This document shows positions 49,301 to 61,300 of a stretch of DNA of 64,000 nucleotides, one piece after another. The stretch lies in NCBI GenBank assembly GCA_964106915.2, contig OZ066921.1. One strand, written 5' to 3'. The notes under the pieces were generated by a model that worked only from the letters and a program-made list of their open reading frames with translations, ran no database searches and was not told where the DNA came from. Source of the DNA: Podarcis gaigeae (lineage: Eukaryota). Within the stretch, counting starts at the first letter, position 1, and each line of letters begins with the position of its first letter. Both the position numbers and the translations under genes were made by a program.

Positions 49301-52300
49301 TGCAAATCTATTTTATTTGCGTGATTTCTAGAGATCTCTGAATTCTGATTTTCTTGGCTTATAATATTTCTAGCTCAGAGTCCACATAGCATTGTTCATG
49401 ATGAGTTAGCAGGAGAGGAAGAAATAAATGGCTTTACAGTAGGAAATAAATGGTTAATTGAAGTAAGCAAATCAATTAGTGGTGTGGTACTAGTTAGGTT
49501 GCAAGTCTTGGTAATTGAATATTTTCACTGGAACGAATGCCTGTGAGTGTCACGAACATTATGTTTCATTGATCCATTTCCCTTTAACACATGTTTATGG
49601 AGCCAGGTTGAGGAACTGAAAGAAACAGTGAAAGAGGAGTTCATGCCTTGGGTTTCACAGTACCTTGTGATGAAGAGAGTTAGTATTGAGCCAAACTTCC
49701 ACAGCCTTTATTCAAACTTCCTTGACACACTTAAGAATCCAGAATTCAACAAAATGGTTCTCAACGAAACCTACAGAAATATCAAGGTGAGTGTTCCCAG
49801 TTGCTCTTTTTTGTGACATGAATGTTAACTGAAAAATATTTGCTTTCAGGACACAGAAGCACTGCAAAAGCAAAAATGAAAATAAAAAATACTTTCTCCC
49901 ATGTATACCACCACCTTCATAAGATTATGCTGCTGCTGCTGCAATAAAACAATGAACAGAGCTAGATGCTGCTATTTTGAAAATTAATTGAACTTGATCA
50001 TCAAAGTAATGTGTTGGTGGACTACCTTGATTGCTGTTTCTGTGCTACAGATGGGCCCCAGAGCATTGTTTCCTGTTGTCCTTCAGGGACCCAAACAATT
50101 AACTCCCAAATAAGTAGTTTGCCTTTCTAGGAGAAGTGATCTCCTGAGCAAGATCACAGAGAGAAAAGTACTCCACGTCATTTTGCTGTTTTCAGTTTGT
50201 TAAATTGATTTTTCTGCTTTTAGAGCTCATTTTGTGTTTTATTCTGTTCTTACGTTGTGTACTGCTTTCTATGACTTTATGCCTTGAAGTAGTCTATAAA
50301 CTAGTTTAATAATGACATTATAAGCATTTTATCACATATATGTTTTAATATATTTCTGAGATTGTTTATTTACTTCTTTCCTTTTTTTCTTTTTCTGCTT
50401 TATAGCTATAGGCTGTATTTGGTTGACCAATAAAATTTGTTTTTTGAAATAACATTAGTCTAATTCTACAAGAAGATGGTTAATGTATTTTCATGGATTT
50501 ACCATGGTTTCCTGTTAACTAAGATTTCATCTCTCTGGGGAAAAAATCCTTCAGGTGCTACTCACATCAGATAAAGCTGCTGCCAACTTTTCAGACCGGT
50601 CCTTGCTGAAGAACCTGGGTCACTGGCTGGGGATGATCACACTGGCTAAAAACAAACCCATCTTGCACACGGTGAGACTGGGTGGAGGAGAAAAACATAA
50701 ACTGGCTTTAAGGCTAGAAACTTTAGTGCATGCTTAAATCAGTTCAGTTTTTGGTGCCTTTTTATAATTAGGGGGGAAAGCTATGTAGAAAATTTACAAA
50801 AGAAAGGAATCTGATTTGTGGGTGTGAGACTGCCCATTGCTGGGTTTAATTTATACTCCTTTTATTTTAGGACTTGGATGTGAAATCCTTACTGCTGGAG
50901 GCTTATGTTAAGGGACAGCAAGAACTTCTGTATGTCGTGCCATTTGTTGCCAAAGTTTTGGAATCCAGTGTGAGAAGTGTGGTAAGTATGCTGTACAGTG
51001 TCCTGTGACAAACAAGTAGACGGGATTGGTCCAAGACCCTTGGCAGCCTAAGCCAAAGCACAGGACAGCGCTCCTCAAATTGAACAGAGAGAATACAACT
51101 GGACCTTCAGATGAATCTTAGTTTAGTACTGGGGACAGGGGTTTTGGTTTTTGCTACTCCTTGACTGGCAAGCGTGGGCAGGGAAGTAGGTGGACAGAGG
51201 TGATGACACTTGCAGAATCTTGCATATATTTTGTGTCATGTGTGTTAGTTCAAAGCAGAGGTGGGACCCTGTGGTTAGTGTTGATGATAGCTGGCAGCCA
51301 TCGGCATCTGGAGGCCACTAGGTTCTCCTCCTTGGCTTAAAGTTTACAGCCTCGTATTTCCGTTGTTTTGCTAACACCATTTAAATGATGTTCTAGCTCC
51401 CTTTTTGAAACAGGACTGTTAACTTTATCATTCCACTCTTTTTGTAGGTTTTCCGGCCTCCAAATCCTTGGACCATGGCTATTATGAATGTACTAGCAGA
51501 GCTGCACCAGGAACATGACTTAAAAGTAAGTTTCAGTTTGCTGCTTTGAGCTCCTCAGCATTGCTTTGTTTTTGAACAACTTGTTACAATACATCTGTTT
51601 GAAGATTTGAGCTTAGCTAGTGAGCTGTAGCCAGTTTAATGAAAATAGACTTTTTCCAGAAAATTACACATGTTCCAATGGTTTTCACCTCATTCAAAAT
51701 ATTTGCCTTGAAGCATGTAGCTCTTTAGAACTTAAGATTTATTTAGCAGGTATACATAACTAATAATTACATTATTAAACCTGAAATCATTAAATATTGT
51801 ACAGCTGAATCTGAAGTTTGAAATTGAAGTTCTCTGCAAGAACCTTGCCCTTGACATCAGTGAACTGAAACCTGGGAACCTCCTAAAAGACAAAGATCGA
51901 TTGAAAAGTTTGGATGAACAGCTGTCTGCTCCAAAGAAAGATGTAAAACAACCAGAAGAGCTTCCACCAATTACGACCACTAGTAAGTGTCAATTATGAT
52001 TCATACAGTCATCCTTGTATCATACAAATATAGCCTGCACCTCACAGGGCAGTTAGTAAGGAATATTCTTTCTATTATCTGTTCTCTCTTACTCTTAATA
52101 TTATTAACACTACAACTGTTTTAGCAAACTTGAAGACAGGGAATTCAGTTTAGTCCTGGGTAGAGTAACCATTCACAAGATACCCTCCCACCTCCTGGTA
52201 ATAGGAATACTACAGTAAATTTTAGTACTCATTCTACCTGAGCAGTCCACCTAATTCCAGATTGCTTTTCAAGTGACATCTCTGATATCAAAGATAATAG

Positions 52301-55300
52301 CGTTGTCGGAATTGACTTTAGACCTGACTTCAGCATGACTTTAGACCTGAGCAAACACTGTCATATTGGTTGCCAAAATTCTTTTGTTTCCTATAAAACA
52401 AGTTTGTAGTATTGAATCTATGTTAGGACATACTCTGAAAACTTTTCTCCCTTTTGCTCTTGTATTTTCTCAGCTGCTTCTACAACACCAGCTACCAGCA
52501 CCACTTGCACAGCTACTGTTCCCCCACAACCACAGTACAGTTACCATGACATCAATGTTTACTCCCTGGGAGGGCTAGCTCCACACATTACGCTCAATCC
52601 AACGGTAAGCTTTTAGACCTGGTCACTTTGAGAAGACTTCCACCTTTAGGTTGGAAGGGATAATTTTATGCTTTCTTTCAATGGTGTATAAAAAATTGAC
52701 ATTGACTCTTGGTTGTTTTGCCTTCTCAGATTCCATTGTTCCAGGCCCATCCACAGTTGAAGCAGTGTGTGCGCCAAGCCATAGAGCGTGCAGTCCAAGA
52801 ACTTGTACATCCTGTGGTGGATCGGTCCATTAAAATTGCCATGACTACGTGTGAGCAGATAGTGAGGAAGGATTTTGCACTAGATTCAGAAGAGTCGCGC
52901 ATGCGTGTAGCGGCACATCACATGATGAGGAATTTGACTGCTGGTATGGCTATGATCACCTGTAGGGAGCCTTTGTTGATGAGCATAGCTACCAACCTGA
53001 AGAACAGCTTTGCCACTGCATTGCGGGTATGTTTGCAGTTCATAAGAGACTTTTTTTTGAAGCAGAATAAGTTAAACCCATGTTTTGTGGCATTGCATTC
53101 TAGCAAGATTTGGCAGTACTCTGTTTCTCTGCAGGTAGGAGTTAGTTTCATTATGTATCTTAATGCCCTGCTCAGATTCAATAGTATAGAAAGGTGATGA
53201 GAATGCGGACCGAACTAGATTTGAAGTGAGATGTGTCTGCATTTAACCTACATGTTTTTAAAAATGCAAATAGGATTAAAAGAGAATTTTTTTGTCAGCT
53301 GGGAAGGAAAGGATTCGCACCTTCTGCCTTCTGCAGTCCTGATAATTATTGCCTCCCCTCAGCAGCTGTTGTTTGCATCCTGAGCTATGAATTGTGCATT
53401 GAAGATTTCTGAAGACCACGTCTCATCTGTTACCATTTTCCATTGATTGAAATTAATAACCCATTGTTAAATCCAGCCTCAAGTTGTCTTCTTTGTTGTT
53501 CTTTACCTTTGCTTTTTCAGTGACGTGCTGTGGAGAACTTCTGCTGTATTTTATCCACGGGGCGGGGAATCCATTATTCAATAAAACAACAGTGGATAGG
53601 GATATTGTCAGTGGATATTGTTTTTGCAGCTGGCTTGCTATTAAACTAACCATCGTTAGTGTTAAACCACAATTCCAGGTTCAGAGGAGGAGTGATGGGA
53701 CAAGGGCATGGCTAGCAGGCTCATTCACATTTTGTTAAACTGTAGTTTAGACTTGTGGCCAATAAGTAGACTTTAGCATTTGCTTTAGTTCATCTGTGAA
53801 ACAATTCTGCCTGACTTTCTGAACACTTGCTATGTGGCCCATGGTTGATGCAGCAACGACTTGCAAATAAAGGCTATGGAAGCAAGTGAAGTTTACAACG
53901 AACACACAGAGCCTTGCAGCTGTAACTGCGCTAGTTCTTCGTGGAGTGAATCTTCTTGTGTTCAGTTTTCTTGGCATTATAACAGGCGTGAGAATGCCCG
54001 TTTTGATATTGAGGCTGAATAAAACCTTGCAGCACTAAGGAATGGTATGAGTAATGGGTTTACGAGAGTCTTGCCGTTAGCAGATAAGAATTCTGTTGAT
54101 TTGTCAGACAGCATTAATCAAGATAATTTTTCCTGATTTGTAGAAGAAACAAGAAGAAATAAGGGCAGCCTGTTACTGAAGGATCTTTTAGTAAAGATCT
54201 TTTGCTGTGATTTAGTAAAGCCATTAGTTCCAGTACATTGGTTTTTGCATTTGTGTATACTAATGAGGGAAAATATCCCATTACTGCATTTAGAGGGCAC
54301 CTATTGATAAGTGAGTTCAGTCCTATGCCTGGAACTTATTTCAGAAAAAAGCACATAAGTAGAATTGCACTTGAAGTATGTAATGTGGGGCACATGCTAA
54401 TTATCTGGCAGATTTTGTTTATATGTAGATTTTGAATGAAGCATGTAATAAGCTTGATGGTTTACTTTATGCTAACTCCATACAAAGCGATGCCATATTT
54501 ATGAACATCTGTAACTGACTTTATGAGTATTTGCTCATTTTGGGCACAGTCCTTTTTTAATGGCTTGCTTTTTAAAATAGGCAGCCTCACCACAGCAGAG
54601 GGAGATGATGGAGCAGGCAGCAGCACAGTTAGCCCAAGATAACTGTGAGTTGGCATGCTGTTTCATTCAGAAGACAGCTGTAGAAAAAGCAGGCCCTGAA
54701 ATGGACAAGAGGCTGGCCACTGTAAGTATGTTGCAGAGTTTCAGTTAAAAGTTAAATCATGTCATTACCAAGTCATTCATCTTTTTTTCTTCTTTTTCCC
54801 CAGGAATTTGAGCTCAGAAAACATGCCAGGCAAGAGGGTCGTAGGTACTGTGATCCTGTAGTATTGACTTATCAGGCTGAACGGATGCCAGAACAGATCA
54901 GGTTGAAGGTGCGAAATTAAGAGAATTAAAATTATGATCAATGCCACAATGGGGAGGCCTTGTTGGAATCTTCTACTTATCCAAATTTTCCTACTTTCTT
55001 TTAAGGTTGGTGGAGTGGACCCAAAGCAGCTAGCTGTTTATGAAGAATTTGCACGCAATGTTCCTGGTTTCTTACCAACCAATGACTCAACCCAACCCAC
55101 AGGAATCCTAGCTCAGCCTATGAAGGTAGAAATCCAGTTGAGATGGTTGAAGTAATTCTGAGGTTAAAGTAAACTACACTATGACCATTTATTTTACAAG
55201 TTATTGGAGGCTTCCAGATAATAGTGAGGTTGCTTATTGTTTGTGCTTCTCTTCAAAGCTATACAGTCTAATAATATTATTTGAAAGTCAGAATGAAATC

Positions 55301-58300
55301 CCACACAAAGAAATTTAGATTATAAACGCTATGGGAGCTAATTACGTAAACCAGTTCGCTGATTACCCCCCCCCCTTTTTTTTAATCCAAGATGATTTAT
55401 CAAACACTTAATATTTGTTTCATTATAAACTGTTCACAATAAAATCTGCATCGCTGTTTTAGTTAAATGTTAAGTGTAAAAAGTACCAGCCAATATTGCT
55501 GGTGAAAGCAGTAATGGAATGAAGAAATTATTGAGAAATCTGTCGTGATAAATGGTCAGAATTCTCATTCATTAGCATTCATTTAACTAATAAAGTATTC
55601 TTGATTTCTTTTAAATCAGCAAGCCTGGGCAACAGATGATGTAGCACAGATCTATGATAAATGTATGGCAGAGCTGGAGCAGCACCTTCAGTCCATTCCT
55701 CATACCCTGGGTATGAATCCACAGACTCAAGCCTTACGAAGCCTCTTGGAGGCTGTTGTTGTGGCTCGTAATTCTCGTGATGCTATTGCAGCCCTTGGAC
55801 TGCTACAGAAGGTTTGTGTATGAACTTGCTTCATTATATATCTGTGACTCCTGCGCCATGGAGAGATGCTCACTTTATCTGAAGCTTTCTACTCTAGAAA
55901 CATGCACACAGTTACAACATTAAACTACTTGAACTGAGCACAGGATCAGAACAGTCAGGATTGAATACAGATTTTTCTGGGGAAATACATACTGTTTAAG
56001 AAAAGCTGCCTTCAAAGTGGTGAGGAAGGATCCTTTTATAGTGGATATAGTGGTTCCTCCTGCCATCTGCTGTTTTTTGCTGTGTTTTCTGGGCTGTTGT
56101 GTAGGAGGCTTTAAAAACAGTTGCTTGGGAATGTCTGTCATTAGAAGCCCTTTTACCGCCCAATTGCCGCATTCTCTTGTGGGTTACTCTTCCAAAGCTT
56201 GAGTGCTGGTGGTGAGCATTGTTGGAGGCAAAAGTATAAGGAGCGACAGCGATGATGATGATAATGGGCTGCATTCATACTATGCAAAAGCCACCGAATG
56301 CATTGTCTCCCGAGAGCAAAACAGTTTGATTCCTCTCCAAATGACTCAGTAAGATGTTGCTTTTAAGTGTTTGCTCCTCTTCCTACAGGCAGTTGAAGGT
56401 TTGTTAGATGCCACCAGTGGTGCAGATGCTGATCTCCTCCTCCGCTACCGGGAATGTCACTTGCTTGTTTTAAAAGCACTGCAGGATGGCCGTGCTTATG
56501 GGTCTCCGTGGTGCAACAAGCAGATTACAAGGTCAGTGATGAAAGAATAAAGCTTTGAAGGCTGTAGAAGCTCTATTTAAATACAATTATTTAAATATAT
56601 TCTGATTTTGGCCAACATAAGGATTTCACCTAGTAAGTTACTGCCCTATATCCCACTAAGTTACATAATGAGTTGCATGATAAGTGCCATATGGATTCAT
56701 TAATCAAGGGTTTGGGGCTTTCTCCTGAAATAGGATATTGGTGTGAGAATTAAGTTGGGTGATAAAAGAGGTAAACTAAATACCATTCATGCAACTTAAG
56801 CAAAACTGACCCCTTGTCTGGATTGAGAGTCTGGTGTGACGGGGCTTAAAACATTTGTGTCCCGTCCCCCCATTGCAGTTTCTATTTGAATTGGAGAGCC
56901 TGCACCTGCTACCTTCATTCAGAGATCAACTTCCATTCATGCAGTGGAAGTTTCATTAAACTGTGGCAGGTGCAGGGGACGTGAGCCGTGCTAGGGCCCC
57001 AATTCCTACCCTATTTGCTTTTTTTTTTTTTTAAGCCATTCACACAATTGCTAGTTTCATCTAGTTTGGATCTAATACTTGCAGTATGAATATTTTTTGA
57101 TTCCTAAAATAGTTATTCTGTGACTTTGTGGTTTTACATTGTTATAAGCTGCTCCTAGCAATGTGGCTACAGTTTCTGGTTATTGTCTGTTGGTATTTAC
57201 ACATATAAGCTGTAAAAGAGGAAATAAAAAAGCCGGATAGAATTTATTTTATTTTATTTTGCTTTCCATGCGTTGTTGGTGTAGGACCCTAGAAGTGTAT
57301 TGGCTTGCAGTTGGCTGTCATAATATGGATACAGGCGAGGGTTCATCTTGCTGGTGTCAACATTTCAAGATGTTAGCTAATTCCTGTTTCCATTTCCAGA
57401 AACTAACCATTTAAAATAGATGATGCTCCTCTCCTAACCAACAATCTTATGGAAAGCAATAGACTTAGATGTGAGGGTTTGGCACTCTAGATGGCTGCCT
57501 GTGCTGTTTCTGGTCTTTACGGGTCATTTGATCCTCAGAATTCTGACCAAGTGTTAGCAGCTAATTGTTCTGGTGGGCAAGTGTTTGTTTCACAAAATTT
57601 TCAGCAGTGGTGCTTTGAGTTTTTCTACCCAGACCCCTTTCCCATGCACTTCAAATCCGAGGTTTCCTGCTCTTGCCTTGCATGCTTTCAGGTCATCAGA
57701 GGATAGGCATCTGATCTGCTGCTCCTGTCTGGAAAGGGTTTTTGTGTTCTCCATTTATGGAATTACTGGTGGGTGGCCAGTCTTTTCTGAATGGGCAGCT
57801 GGACTTTAAGCTGCTCCTCCATCTTCAGCTACAAAGTCTGTTGGCTTTCGTAACATGAGGCAGTTACAGTCAGCTGGTGTTTCTGAAATGAATGTGTGGA
57901 ATAATTGGAGAGGAAGCTACCTCTCTGTGTGTTTTGGAACTTGAGATTGAGGAGAAAACACAAGTTAACACAAGAAAACATCTAATTTTTCCAGGTGCCT
58001 GATAGAATGTCGAGATGAATATAAATACAATGTAGAAGCAGTGGAGCTACTGATCCGTAACCACCTAGTTAACATGCAGCAGTATGACCTCCACCTGGCT
58101 CAGGTGAGATACTGCCGCCAAGTTATTAAATCTCTGCTTATGCTTTAGAAGGAAAACTGTTCACATTCTTGCCTCCTTTTTCTTGACAGTCAATGGAGAA
58201 TGGCTTGAACTACATGGCAGTGGCATTTGCAATGCAGCTGGTGAAAATCCTCTTGGTGGATGAAAGAAGTGTTGCTCACATAACAGAAGCAGATCTGTTT

Positions 58301-61300
58301 CACACCATTGAAACTTTGATGAGAATTAATGCTCACTCCAGAGGGAATGCACCAGAAGGGTAATGTTAAGAGTGTTGAATGCCAGTGAAGGAATGTTTCC
58401 TGCTAGTGCAAGTTTGGCAATGATGATGATGTGAGGCTCTGCCATTCCTGTCCACTCCTTTTACATTGTGGGATCACTGTGTAATACCTACTGTGCTTCA
58501 GAGTGCCATCCCCCACCCAGTCCTGAATCTCCATTTTTAAAGAATTATGTAGAGTGTAATCTACAAAATACAAGCCTGCATTAACCATTGTTTGGTTTTC
58601 TATTTAATCCAGGCACAACTTTGATTTATTATGGGCCATTGCACATTTACTTCCAATTTAGAATCATACTACATATTTGGAAGTACCATGTGATATTTCT
58701 TTTGAGACTGTTGCCACTTTAGCAACAATAGTCAGGGGAGATTTGAATGCTCTTCCACATCAGAAACTTGGTGAACATATAAAAAAATTGCCACCTTGGG
58801 GAAAAGACTAGAATCCCTTTCTCTAGTTTGCAGTTTTCCAGTGTTTAGGGAGTTGCACGTATTGAGGAACATTCAGACATGGATTCTCCCACCTACTTTC
58901 TGAAATTGCCATCTGAATATGTAATTCAGACCTTAAGTTTGCTGCAGGCAGGACTGACATGCCTTTTTAGGCCTGCAGTATTAGGCATGGTTTTGTGGAA
59001 GCATGCCCTAGTGTGACACCTTCAAATCTTCATTCTGGAAGGTAGTGATGATTACACTGAGTGTGTAATAATAAGTGTCAGATCAAAGGTTTTGAAAAGC
59101 AATAAACCCACCATCTCTGAAGCACTTGTAGTCCACTCTCCTAGATGTCTTGGGCTGAAGGACAGAGGCCATTCTTTTCTGTTCTTGCCCAACTACAGCA
59201 GATCCATTCCCAAATGCCACGCACTAGACTAGGTCACCTCACTTTTTATCTCCAAATTTATCTGGCAGTAATAGGGTGCAGTTCATTCAGATTCTTACTG
59301 TGTTTCTTTGAAGCTTATGTCATGGAGCTGTTGTGGGCTAGTGGATGGCATGTTGGACTTAAATCTAGGCGACTTTGGTTCAAAGGTCTGCTGAACCAAG
59401 ATGCCAACTGGGCTCCCAACTCTTGCCCCTAAACCATAGTTTTGGTTGCAATAATATAATAACATCTCATATGCTATCTCTGTGGGACAAGGATGTGATG
59501 CAAATGTTTGAAATACAATGCTGTTTATTGTGGGGTATTTTTTTTAAAATTATGCACATAGCACAAGTAATCTAAAGCCAAGCATGTTCGTTCTGGATCT
59601 CTCATAGGTTGCCCCAGCTGATGGAAGTGGTACGGTCCAACTATGAAGCCATGATTGACCGTGCTCATGGAGGGCCAAATTTCATGATGCATTCTGGGAT
59701 CTCTCAGGCCTCTGAGTATGATGACCCCCCTGGCCTGAGGGAGAAGGCAGAATATCTCCTGAGGGAGTGGGTGAATCTCTACCACTCTGCAGCAGCTGGG
59801 CGTGACAGCACCAAAGCATTCTCTGCATTTGTTGGACAGGTAGAGCTTGGGGAAAGAAAGGTGCTTTTTATTCAACATAAGTAGGTTATGATGCCCTTGG
59901 ATCAAGTAGAGTACTATGTAATATTGATTTCCCCTTTTTAAAAATTCCACTTTGCATAATGGCAGTAAGTGCAACATGTCATATCAGTGTAGAGAAACAT
60001 GTTAGTAAATGGTTGTTTGTTTGTGCTAGCCAGTATCATGATGCTGGGGGCTCTCCACTTCATCCACTAGGAGGTTGTGTTCTTTAAATGAAGAAAGACC
60101 TGGCTGAGGGGGACTGCATGCTGTGGCGCAGTGGTCAGCAAGGAAAAGATTCCCAGTGCCCCACAGAGCTCTTTGGCTTTCTCAGGGTGGAGGGTGTGTC
60201 ATTGCTCTGAGGAGAGAAACCTAAGAAGCTAGGGCAGAGCACGTACCTGAGCAGCAGATGCCACCGCCAGTGGGCACTTCGTGCAGCTCTTGACAGTCCC
60301 AAGGGTCTTCCACTCATTTATTTTGTGCCTAAAGGAAGCAGCTGCTCTTCTGAAGGCAGCTGTAGAGGTCATGTGGGATATGCTCCAAGGAGAATCCCTG
60401 TGCCCTCTGGGTGTGGCCTTGGGTCAGCCACCTTGAAGGGGAGGGTGACTGCCACCAGCCAGGTATGGCCACTGCTTGTACACTACTTAATGCAGTTTCC
60501 TTAACTCGGTTCCCCCCACTCAGGTGACTCTATGTTACAGATGTTAGAGAGGTGTTTGCAAAAGCTAGAATCTCTTTACATATGTAGGCATGGAATATGG
60601 CAAGCAGTTTGCCAGTTTTTTACTCCGCTACCACAGTTGTCCTTCAGAGGTGCCAAAACTTCTTTGCTGCCTTATTTTAGTTGCATTTCAAGTAGCCACT
60701 CCATGGCCTGCTTGCATATGTGAATAAAGTAAATTGCAGGTCCTCTTCCAGATAGAAATGTATTTATTAAGACTGCAGAAACAGTGGTACTTGCCATTAA
60801 AGTTTTGCCTTATTGGTGTATGGAGCACTTTGAAAATAGTGGCTATGAAAACTATTCAGTACTTATGAGGACAGCAAAATTTCACATGCCTTTCCCCCAA
60901 GATCCCTAGACAGCTACCCGAAAAAGTTGCAGTATCTCTGAAATGCAACATAATTTGCCTAAATAATGCACAAGTAAAACCGATAAAGATGTGTAGGGAA
61001 TAAACTGAAAATCAGGTCTGCCTTCAGTGTTACGTTGACCCCTGCAAAATGCCAGAGTGAATGGATCACTGATGAATGGAGCCCTGTTGTTCAGTAGCAG
61101 AATTTTCTGTTCATATTTACCACTTTAGTTTCTCTTCATTTTAGAGATTATTGCTTATGAGAAGCGTTTTGAATGCTTTCATAATGAGAATTTCATCCTG
61201 AATAACCATTGCTTTAAAAATTGTGATATCAGATCTTGCAAGTGACTGAAATATCTATTGACAGACTACTTATGAAACCGACAGGAGTACAATCCACTCT

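Noticed and set aside
49577-49590. U12-like branch sequence ttccctttaac before exon 25
   Set aside because: The intron's donor is GCAAGT (U2-type), not RTATCCTT.
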